Shown here in pieces: positions 53,237 through 64,000 of a DNA stretch of 64,000 nucleotides (positions within the stretch are counted from its first letter, which is position 1; each line of letters begins with the position of its first letter). The position numbers were made by a program, and so were the translations under genes. Below the pieces are notes generated by a model. That model saw only the letters and a list, made by a program, of their open reading frames with translations, had not been told where the DNA came from and did not search any database. Origin of the DNA: Epiperipatus broadwayi (Eukaryota > Animalia > Onychophora); the NCBI GenBank assembly GCA_028023455.1, contig JAQFVV010000003.1, positions 26,536,001 through 26,600,000 on the forward strand, given 5' to 3'.

Positions 53237-54736
53237 TATGCATAAAAGTATTCTTATGTTTTTAATTTTGTTATATTTACATATTATCTAAAAAAAAATG
53301 GTTAAAACTACAAAAAAATCTGACACAAATTGTAATTTAGTAATACGGTGTGAAAATAAAAAATTTGCCATTTAATAAACAAATTCTAAATTTAAATATC
53401 ATGTGATTATCTGTTATATAAAAGTATGTATTGGTTTTTAAATTAATTATGAATTAAATTAATATTAACAAAAGTTTATTTTACAAATATGTTTTCATTA
53501 GATATATTTATTTTTATTTTAATTAATTTAATAATGAAATCAATATTAACAAAATTTTATTCTACAAATGTATTATTTCCATTGGCTCAGTTGTAAAGCA
53601 GTTTTTTTGGGAAGTGTAAGGTTGTGATTTTGATTTCTAAATTGAAATGGATTTTTTTTTCCATTGTTAATTCAAAAATGTGGACAAATCCAGACAGGGA
53701 AAATTAATATAAAAGCACCTAATAGCTTTTATTATTTCATGATTGCCAATAAAAATCCATTTGGAATGAAATAAAATTTATTTCATTCACATTAAACATC
53801 CAAATGAATTTTGGTAAATAGTGCATAAAGCGATGAAATTATATATAACATTTAAAAACCCATTTATAATTGTTTGAAATGATAAAAAATAGTAGCTGCA
53901 ATAATTATAGAAATATTCCTTTTTTAACTAATGTTTACATTATTATATTTCTCTTGACTTGTATTCCTAGAAAAAAAAAATTAAATAAATTTTAAATTTA
54001 AATATTACATTTTTGTAAAATAATTATAAATATATAAACAAACTATGGAAAATATATGATTTTCATTTTCAAGATTTGAATAAAAGATGAATTTATATAA
54101 GCATAATGACTTCATTGAGAACATAGAAACAGCCAATCTACAATTTTTTGTATTAGATTATTATATTACACTGACCTCAAGAGATTTTTTTAAATTTAAA
54201 AATCAATATGCATTTTAGTTCCAGTTTTTACTGTCAAATTCAAAACTGGTAAGCAAACATTACATATAGCTGTAAGAGAGTAAATTTAAGTCAAGCAATT
54301 AAGCACCACTATACATGTTGGAGATGTGTTGTGAATTAAGAGATTCTCTTTGTAAATGTGTTTTTAAATTTAAAAGTAAATTATCTGAGATCTAAATTAT
54401 AATGATAAAAACAAACATTTAACTATTTCTTTTTATAAACTGAATGTAAAGAAAAATTTACATTTTTAAATTCATAATTTATTTTATTTACTTATTTTTT
54501 TTAACATTAAATTTTAATTTTTATGCTTATTTAATTGATATCTTTATATTTTAAAATAAATGTATATTAAGTACAAGAAAATATTGATACTCTCACATTG
54601 CACATGTGTATTATTGACATTATAAAAAAGTGAATACAGCATCTTTTTGTGCTATAAAATTATTTATTTTTTATTAACATTATTTCTTTGAATTAATTAA
54701 TTTAACCATCAATTTGATTTGTACACTATTTTTTTG

Positions 54737-54905
54737 GATAAATACTTTGCATATAATAAAGATATATATGAAGGATAGTGACCTGGGCCAACTGATAAGT
54801 GCTGGTTCAGCATGAAATGCATCTTGGGGGTCATTTGTCTTTTATTATATCTTTATTTGTATGAATTTAGAAAGAATGGGGAAGTATGGAGGTGTTTATT
54901 ATCTA
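54737..54905 (+). mobile_element. Hammerhead-bearing element, subfamily 2
   Basis: Shares the HHR with subfamily 1 but has different flanks, which it shares with 48253-48380. Confidence 0.8.
54788..54827 (+). ncRNA. Type I minimal hammerhead ribozyme (G8>A)
   Basis: ccaa CUGAUAA gugcug-guu-cagcau GAA AUGCAU C17(54823) uugg. Confidence 0.75.
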
Positions 54906-55159
54906 TATTTTTTTGGAATCAAAAAAATCATAATAAACAAAGCCTCCCTCTATATGTTTGTTTTAATCAGGAACATATAAACATAAATTCCATCAAGAAT
55001 TACATATTTTATAAAAGAGTAAGAAGATCAAATTTATATATTAAGTTTTAAAAAATAATAAATGTTAACTATCAAAGATTTAATATTACAAAAATAAGTT
55101 AATTTTTTAATTCTAACATGTAATATTTAAATAGAAGTATATTTTCTATACTGAACTTA

Positions 55160-55485
55160 ATGTAATTAGAAAGGATTTGAACTCAGACTTTCAAGCTCCC
55201 TATATCTATCTACTACATCTTATACAACTGATACACACGAACACATAATGTGAAAAAAATAAATGATCTCCAATATACATATTTCATGCTGAACCAGCAC
55301 TCATAAGTTGGTCTAGATCATCATCTCCCACATAATATATAATCAGTGCTCACTTTATATTAAGATGGCAATTCTTCATACGTTAATGAACAGGCTTCAA
55401 TCCTCTTCATCCTCTAACTTTTCAGTCATCCATATCATTGTAAATCTGATGATAGAACTCTCAAATCCCTTGTTGATGCCAATAT
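55160..55485 (-). mobile_element. Hammerhead-bearing element, subfamily 1
   Basis: Aligns with 40434-40790. The HHR is at 55311-55270 and the B-box GAGTTCAAATCC is at 55184-55173. Confidence 0.85.
55270..55311 (-). ncRNA. Type I minimal hammerhead ribozyme (G5>U)
   Basis: Minus strand: ccaa CUUAUGA gugcugguucagcau GAA AUAUGUAU A uugg. Confidence 0.75.
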
Positions 55486-56019
55486 TATTGTTGACTTTTT
55501 TACTTTTCATTTTAAATTTTAAAAATTTTGTTATCCATTAACAAGATCTTAAAAGCCATTGGTGGGAGGGTGGGGCTAAAAATATTTTAACCTGGTTATT
55601 TTTAAATGTAAATGCAGAATATTAGCTAAATTCTTCTTTAAAACAAAGTATTATTTATTTAAAACATTCTTAATGATGTTTTGTTTGTGCTGATTTATGA
55701 TCATGAAATGCTTAAGAATATATATTTTTCAGGGATAACAGGATTAATCAATTCTGTATTGCCTGGTCATGCTGTACTCTAGGAAATCACTGTAAAGCAA
55801 TATAAAGTACATTTTAATAGTAAAAAAAAATACTCCCAAAATATATAGATATGTTTTTTTGGAATATTTTTTTTCTTTCCAAAGCTTTTCATTTAAAACT
55901 TTATACCAAGTTTCATTAGCATCCCAATATATATATTTTTTAATTTGCAGTTTAACTTTGTTTTCTATTATCTAATAATTGGCATTACCATTTATTGTCC
56001 ATTAATTTTTTAAGCTTAC

Positions 56020-56037
56020 AATAGATGACTCTGGAGT
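56020..56037 (-). CDS. Candidate 18-nt micro-exon (xSRVIYx)
   Basis: Acceptor cattctattag, donor ATT|gtaagc, frame-preserving. It could be a chance match. Confidence 0.3.
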
Positions 56038-57696
56038 CTAATAGAATGCATAAAGGAATGTCAAGTACTATTGCTATTTATATTAGAAATAAAAAATAGA
56101 ACGGTTATTGCTTCTGATGCAACTTTCTAATATAAGTATTTTTTTTAAGAATATTTCAATATATATATTTCTGCTCAGTTAATATAAAATTATCCCATAA
56201 CAAAGCTAGTAATTTAAAATAATCAATCTAAAACAAAATTGGATACACAATTAAATATAAATTTAAAAAATTTAAATACTGTTCATTCTTTATTTGAACA
56301 GTATCAAGATGTTTCTTTATTTATGTTTTTTATTTATTTAGTTGTCTTTCAATTTTGTTTTAGATTGGTTATTTTGAATTTTATATATAAAAAAAAAACA
56401 TTATGGACAAACTTTTTAAGATTGAAATTTGACCGTTTAAAGTGTAAAACTAGTAATAAACATCATCACCACCATTTATCATTTCAGACAATAATTTAAA
56501 GTGCACATTCTTTTTGTATTAATTACAAATGTTTGAAACAGTTTTAAAGGGAATAGTAAGTTTTACAGCAGCTATTCATTATTATTAGATGGCAAAAATG
56601 AAATTTTTACCCTCTTGAACAGACATTAAGGCCACGAAATTTATGAACTAATTCCAGCAAACTTTCACCAAAAAATTTTGAGAAACTTTTTTTTATTAGT
56701 AAAATACATAATGCTATTTGAATAAAGTTTCAATCAAGATATTATTTTATTTATTGCCTACATATTATATGCAGATATTTTGGCAAGAATGATGATTTAT
56801 TAAAGTTAAGGTGCACTCCATTGTTAGCATTTTGCAGTTTAGCACAGCAATAGAATGGTAAACTCAAAAAATGAATTTCTGGATGAATTCTCAAATGAAT
56901 AGAATATAAAAAAATAACTCTGCCTAATTGATAGAATTGTTGTGCTCAACTTTCCACTTAGGTACACAAATTTTACATGACCAGCCATACAATTATTACT
57001 GAAATGTTGGTTGCAGTTCCAAATGTATGATTGAACAACTTAATTTTTTTTTAACAATTACAACATTTGGTATCTGTTTATTCTCTTTAACATATGTTTA
57101 GAAGGAAAATATTTAAAATATGTTGGGTATGTGAAAAGATTACTTCATTTAATTTTATTAATCTCTAATGAGCTTTAAGTACTATTGTTTTTCAAATTTT
57201 AATTTTAGGACTTGATGTGTAGGCACTTTGATCATTGATAATTTGGACCCTGAAATAATTCAATTTCAATTTATGATTATCATAAATTCTGATTATTTTT
57301 GTAATTAAGTATCCTAATACTAGGATGATGCAATTTTACATAATTTCTTGACAGACTTGATCTGAATTCAGCAATATAATATGTCATTATTTTTTTCATA
57401 AAAACACAAATGACTTTTTATAAGAGCATTTCTTCTGATATTTTAATAGTTTGAGATAATACTTTTATATTATTGTTTTGTTTTTTTTTGTTTTGTTTTT
57501 AATGCTATTTTATTGATATTTTTTCCTCAAAATTTTTAACTGACTATAAATGGAAATATATTCTTATGATTTTTATATACATTAAAAATGTGTATGTTAT
57601 AAAAACATTAAATAAGATTATCATTATACATAATTTTATGCTTTATTGGTAGGAGGGGTGTTCATAAGAAATTTGAGCATCAAAAGTGTTGCAATA

Positions 57697-57763
57697 GAGT
57701 CTCAATTTAGGCATCTTTGAGTTTCAGAATCTGCTACTTTATTACTGCAAAAAATCATGCAGG
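57697..57763 (-). mobile_element. Degenerate tRNA-derived SINE head
   Basis: Minus strand cctgcatgattttttgcagtaataaagtagcagattctgaaactcaaag is similar to 7500-7550 and 22141. Confidence 0.35.
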
Positions 57764-58108
57764 CAGTTATATCATTTATAATCCCAAAGAAGATTGCTTC
57801 TATTTAAAGCATTAGTAAAAAGTAATGCTAAACAAAAATGTATAGCATTGTTATTTCAAAGCAATATAATGTTAAAATAATACAAATAGAAAGGTATAAT
57901 AATGGAACACCATTACATAAAAGAAAAATTAAAATGCTATAAGAAATGAAACCTGTCTGTTTTTTTATTTTCTTCTATAGCTGATATGTTATTTTCCTTA
58001 TTATTTTTTATTTTATATATTATGTATGTTTTCGTTTCCTTTTAATTAAATGGCATTTTAAGGAGAAAATGGAAATCTCTAGATATTTTACCTTTTCTGC
58101 TTTTGTTT

Positions 58109-60600
58109 ATCATCATCATCAACCATTATCAGTCCACTGAAGGATGAAAGTATCTCCAAGTTTAATCCATCTTCTCTGATCTTTAGCTTGTCTTCTCCAC
58201 ATCACCCCTGCAGACTTTCTTATTTCATCTATCCATCTCACATGTGGTCTCTTTCTGGGACTTTTATAATCTCTTGGAATCCAGTTTAAGATTTCAATTG
58301 TCCATCTATTATAATCTCTTCTAGCAATATGCCCAGCCCAACTCCACTTCAATCTTTTAATTTTTTCAATGAGGTCAGTAACACCTGTTTGTTCTCTTAC
58401 CCATACATTGCATTTTCGATCTCTTCTTGTTACTCCCAACATACATCTCTCCATATTTTTTTCAGTGGTCTGGAGTATCTGTATTGCTCTTCTATAAGTG
58501 TCCAAGTCTTTGATCCATAAGTAAGAACTGGTAAAACACATTTGTTAAAAACCTTCCTTTTCAAACACATAGGCATATTTCCTTCTAGTATCAAGTTATT
58601 TCTACCAAAAGCACTCCAACCAAGTTTAATTCTATGATTAATTTCATCTATTATGTTTCTACCTGTATTAATAAGTTGACCATGGTATTTGTAACTGTTA
58701 ACTTCTTCTAATTCATCATAATCAATCTTTATTTTCATATTTTCAGCAAATCGATTAAATATTACTTTAGTCTTTTTAACATTTATCTTTAGTCCTACTT
58801 TTCTACTTTCATCTAATAACTCCTGCAACATTTCCTGCAGCTCTGAAATATTATTTGCAAATACAACTATATCATCTGCAAAATCTAAATGACTTAAATA
58901 ATTTCCATTTACTTTCACTCCTTTAGTTTCCCATTTTAATCCACAGAATACTTCTTGCAACACTGCTGTAAAAAGTTTTGGAGATATGGAGTCACCTTGT
59001 CTTACACCTTTCTCAATGTTCACTTTCCCAGTATCATTATGTAATCTAATTATTGCTGTTGCATTTCTATAAATATTCTTTAAAATATGACAATATCCTG
59101 GATCTATATCTTGATGATCCATTGCTTTAATCACTGAAGAAATGTTTATAGAATCAAATGCCTTTTCATAATCTACAAATCCAAAACATAATGGCAACTC
59201 ATATTCATTTGTTCTTTCTATAACTTCTCTCAATACCTGATTATGATCTACTGTACTAAAACCACTTTTAAATCCAGTTTGTTCTCTTGGTTGGTGGAAA
59301 TCCAATGTTCTCTGTAGACGAGTTGTAATTATCTTGGTAAAAATTTTGTATAAAACTGATAAAAGGCTGATAGGTCTGTAATTTTTAATATCTTCTTTAT
59401 CACCTTTTTTAAATATTAATATTATTACTGCATTCTTCCAATCATCTGGTACATCTTTATCATTTAGACATTTGGTATATAACTTTGCTAAAAAAAATTC
59501 TATTTCTTCACCTGCTTCTTTTACTATATCAATTATAATTCCATTATTACCTGGAGCCTTTCCTTTCTTCATACATTTAATTGCATATTTCACTTCTTCA
59601 TTTAAAATTCTGGGCAATTCAAAAGATGTAATAGATATAAGAGGTACTTGTTCTTTATTACTATATGATTCTTGATAAAAGTCTTCTACCCATTTCATGA
59701 TGTCCTCTCTCTTTTTAATAATAATTCCATCTTTTTTTCTTATTGCAGATATAAATTTTCTACCAATACCAAAATGTTGTTTTACATTCTTAAGACTTTT
59801 ATTTTCTTCTACAGCTTTCCTTGCTAGTTCACAGTTATACTTTCTTATATTATTTTCAACTCTTTTCCGTACCATTCTACAAAATTCGAGATATTCAATT
59901 CTTTTAATGCATCATTTTTGTATATCTTCATATTCCTTCTTTTCTTCATAAATTCTCTAGTCTCAGTAAAAATTTTATTGGCCAATTGCTGCTTTTTTCT
60001 ATCAGCTATCTTTGTTGCAGTTTTTAAAAATGTGTCAGTTATTTTCATATTAATTTCATTCAAATCTGAATGATGTTCAAAATCTACTACTACTTGAAAC
60101 CGATTTGTAAGTTCTAATTTAAATTCATTAGAATGTTTTTGAAGATTAGGAATATTGACTGTAAAAATTGTTTTTCTTAATAATTTTTGTCTTTCTAGTT
60201 TTGCATTAATTCGTATCTTACATCTTACTAATCGATGATCACTTCCTGTGTTAAATTTATTAAGAACATTACAATCTTGAAACATGTATTTTCTCTTAGT
60301 CAAAATATAATCCAATTCTGCTGTACCTTCATTGGGATGCTTCCATGTCCATTTCCTTTTAACATTTTTCTCAGAAAAAGAATCCATAATATAAAGGGTT
60401 TTTTTTTCAGCAAACTCCACTAGTCTATGTACTCTCTCATTTCTATTACCATAACCAAAATTACCTACAGCACTTTCATCTTTCATTTGTTTACCAATTC
60501 TAACATTAAAGTCTCCCATAACAATTTTAAAATGTTGTTTACTCTGATCAAAAGCCTTTTGTATATCCATATAAAAATCTTCTACTACTTCATCACTATG
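58109..60600 (-). mobile_element. RTE-clade LINE, 5'-truncated, the best-preserved copy
   Basis: APE (IVMGDFNVRIG, TGSDHRLV), RT (YRPISLL, FVDYEKAFDSI, GVRQGDSISPKLF, FADDIV), C-terminus WSWAGHIARR and a (GAT)n tail. Three frameshifted ORF pieces. Confidence 0.95.
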
Positions 60601-61708
60601 TTTATATTTGTTTAGAAATAGATTAAAACAATATTCTGGATAATATGTATTAGATAATAAATCCTATTAACTTTAATCAGTGACTAGTTTTTTGTAATTT
60701 TCTTTTTAATACCATGCTGTATTTTCAACCCTATTTTTTGATTTAAGCTTGAATTGTGTAATAGCAACTTCAAATAACACTAATATGAAATCATTATGTG
60801 GAGGACATGAGTTGATTTAAAAAAAAAAAAAAAACTGTTCACGCTATTTTCTATTTATGAAATAAACTGCTGTTTATAACAGAATGAGAGCACAATTGGT
60901 AAAAGAAAGCCAGTACAAAAAAGATAATGTCCTCATGTAATCCACAGAGCTCAATGGAGGTTTGGAGAATAATGTTTGAAACATATTCCAGAGAAGTAAA
61001 GTGAGATGTTATATATTACAAAATTTTGTTAGATATTAGTTGTCATAATTAAATATTTTTTCGATTTAAGTAATAAGATACATTTTTTAAGTGGTAGAAA
61101 GATTAGTATTTTTCATGAATTGTCCTCCCATTTCCGAAAAAAAAAAAATTGATGATCGGCACTTTTTTTTTTTCAAGTAATTTTTAATCAATAATAATAA
61201 TAATAATTTTTAAAAAAAGTTTCATAATAAAAACATTTCATCATTTCAAAAATTACTAACATTTTCTAGGCATCTCAGTTATTTTTATTAAGATATATAT
61301 ATATTGTACATTTTGTTATGAATCATCTTGCCATCACTTTAAATATTTTCAAAGCTATATACTAATTAAAATTTAAGTACATCGGAAATTGTATCTGAAC
61401 TGACTTCGACTCTGAGATAAACAATCAAAATGTTTGTTCTATTTTTGAAATTTTTTTTGCGGTAAGAAATGAATGGAATATTAATTAGAAATATGAAAGT
61501 TATAATTATATGATGTCAGCAATAAATAGTCTTAAGATGTCATTTTAGTAAATAATTAGTTTTAATGATTGTTTACATAAATTTTAAAATGTCTACAAAT
61601 TCCATGTTAATAAAAATATTTTTTTTAAATTTATCTGCTTCCTGCTAAGTACATGTATGTCAGCCATCATTACTATCAATCTATGGCAATGAAGATTTTT
61701 AGGCATAC

Positions 61709-61780
61709 CTAAGTATAATATGACTACTGGATTCTTTTCTATCTTTTGTTGTGCTGATTTCTGGTATCCTGTGTAGTTAA
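61709..61780 (-). CDS. Candidate 72-nt exon (xNYTGYQKSAQQKIEKNPVVILYLx)
   Basis: Acceptor ttaatttcatactcag, donor TAG|gtatgc, phase 1 to 1. Confidence 0.4.
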
Positions 61781-63123
61781 CTGAGTATGAAATTAAGGTC
61801 TTCATTCTTAAAGTGTATAATCCATGGGTCTTTCAATCAAACACTTTTTTTGGTAGGTTTAGGGGTGGCAAGCATAGAAAACTACTAATAGTTGTGATCA
61901 AATTGTTTTACTTAATATTTTATTGATATATACCTCTCTTGGCTTGGATAAAAAATCTAACATATATTTATATATGTAATCTTTAATATAGAAATTGTCC
62001 TCAACAGAGGAAGTGATATAGCAGCATGCAAATCATAAGCTATAAAATGTTAGGCAAGATATGCAAGTCTTCAAATTGAATAAGCAAACTAATCCAATTG
62101 TGTTGTTATAACGTATTTGAGAACCATTTATGCTTAGGAAAACTCATAATTATGTCTTAAAAGAAATAAGATCAATTGTTTAGTTCACTTTGTGTGCAAA
62201 ATAAGGTTTATATAAAACATAGTTGGGCATTTAGAATTAAATACAGCAAGACGGCATTAGCTGTTTATTGTCATAGAACTATAGTTAGTCAGATCCATGG
62301 TAAGTGTATTGATTTCTAGGTAATTATGAAACCACAATCTACTGTAGAGCAATTCCTAATCTTTTATTTAGATCAAATTAGATAAATCTCCTTTTGCTAA
62401 CCAATATTGGATAATTATTGGGGTTATTTATGAACCAGAAACTTGATTGGGAAATATCAAGTGAAGTCCTCTTCAACAGTTTTTAAAGAAAAATATTAAA
62501 GGAATTGGCATTATTCAGCAGGCTTATTAAATGTTGAGTGGTGACAGTCTTAAGGAATTTTCATTCTTGTTTTACCCTTAGATAAGAATAACTAAATATC
62601 TATATGATGATAAAATTTAATTGGCTAGATAAACTTACTACAAGTTAGTTATTAGAAAGAAAAATTGTAGCCTGGAAATCTAAAAAAAATACCCATATTT
62701 TATCTAACTCAAATTTGATTCTCAGTTCATGGACAGTCAGGCAGATGTACCATCACTATATCAAAAAATGTTTACAAAAACCACTAAATATTTTGAAGCA
62801 ATATGTTTAATTTGACTTTTAAAAAAGTTTAATTACAACTAATTAATTTTTTTAAAAAGTTACTGGTTGGCTTAAACATTTTAAAATATTATCCTATTTA
62901 TCTTGGCAATTTCATTTCAAAAACAAATTTATAATGATTGACATTTTGACCATTTCACCATTAGCTTTGAAATTTTATGGTATTTATTTAAGTGGTTATT
63001 TTATCTATTCTTCATCAATTTAAGAGATACAAATGCTTTCTTGGTCAGTTGTTGGGTTTTTGAGCATTTATTAGTTTTTATTGAGCAATATTTGCAAGTA
63101 AGTTCTCAAACATTTCACAATAA

Positions 63124-63246
63124 GTGTGCTCCAAAAGACACGATGCCCGATGCAAGATTAGAGAGGCATTTCATATAGCTAGCGACCCCAAGTCTATTAA
63201 TAGAAGAGAAGCAAGCTTTACACTGTCTCAGAAATGGCAGTTATAA
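63124..63246 (+). mobile_element. Penelope-like element remnant: C-terminus of the GIY-YIG endonuclease
   Basis: Translates to VCSKRHDARCKIREAFHIASDPKSINRREASFTLSQKWQL*, matching the PLE 'R.I.EA..I......N...G..LS..W' pattern. Confidence 0.7.
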
Positions 63247-63777
63247 CTCATTTGCATCAATTTGTATAAATTTCCATTTTATTTCTACAATGTAGTTATA
63301 ATAACAGCAGTTATGAGTATGAGAGCAAGCAGTCTCTTGAAAACTTTAAGCTCTATAATTTAATAGTTTTTTATTTTAGTAAAATTTTGCTTTTAAACAT
63401 ATATTTTCTAGCTTCATTATCTGTGCATATAGCGCATATATATATTAGTTTAATATTATGGAATATAAAATAATTATAAACACGATGATTTTACACACCA
63501 AGGTCCCACCCATGTCTCATCGCATAACAGCACTTCATATCAAGATAGTCACAGAAGGCACTATTGAAATCTATAAAAAGATTGACCAATTAATGTATTG
63601 CATTAGAAATGTTTTTTTATATCTTGATAATATTAGAAAATTTTATAAAGAAAGTGGCAATCAATGGCAAACTACTAATAATGGTTGTGATTAGTTTTAT
63701 TACTTAATTAATCCAAAACTATCTTCAGGTAAAAAGAATTGTTACACATGCATGCAAACTGTTCTAATGAGTATTGC

Positions 63778-63780
<3 letters not shown>

Positions 63781-63834
<54 letters not shown>
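63781..63834. repeat. (AT)n microsatellite
   Basis: About 27 AT units. Confidence 0.95.
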
Positions 63835-63836
<2 letters not shown>

Positions 63837-64000
63837 CTTTCTAGTGAAAACTAATTTCTATATCAAATAGTACGTATAGATTTAAACACAATGATTTTAA
63901 TAAATAATTTTATTTTAACCTGAAAACTTTTAGAAATTATAATAGTTTAGAAATATTTTTTATCAGCTAACTCTTCAAATTCCTATTGCAATCATATAAG

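Noticed and set aside
29916-60615. Many ORF-track entries antisense to LINE/hAT coding regions (e.g. 29916-30299, 33584-33934, 34934-35335, 59472-59951)
   Set aside because: These are shadow ORFs produced by the purine-biased TE coding strands.
63305-63354. Hammerhead downstream of the Penelope remnant
   Set aside because: The core has at least two mismatches and helices I and III are unconvincing, so it is not called as a feature.

Overview
Very AT-rich, CpG-depleted eukaryotic (animal, probably arthropod) genomic DNA. It has no prokaryotic features and no CRISPR array. Most recognisable sequence is decayed transposons: an L1/Tx1-like ORF1 remnant (left edge), four RTE-clade LINE copies, a ~4.1 kb esterase-ORF1 LINE (RTEX-like) nested in a hAT, two hAT (Buster/Charlie-type) DNA transposons, a Penelope-like GIY-YIG remnant, MITE/foldback elements and tRNA-derived SINE heads. 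Several small GT-AG exons on the minus strand suggest an unidentified host gene running through the window. The most notable observation is a dispersed ~350-bp non-coding element, in two subfamilies, that carries a minimal type I hammerhead ribozyme. The reconstructed consensus is ccaa-CUGAUGA-GUGCUGGUUCAGCAU-GAA-AUACGUAU-A-uugg. Helix III is palindromic (dimer-type), helix I shows compensatory changes, and a tRNA-like Pol III A/B-box module lies downstream in subfamily 1. Five copies carry a recognisable core, a sixth lacks the core precisely, and one copy has a target-site duplication inside an RTE. This resembles a retrozyme or SMalpha-like non-autonomous ribozyme retroelement. All analysis was done by eye. 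Boundaries marked approximate are not exact, and no database search was run.
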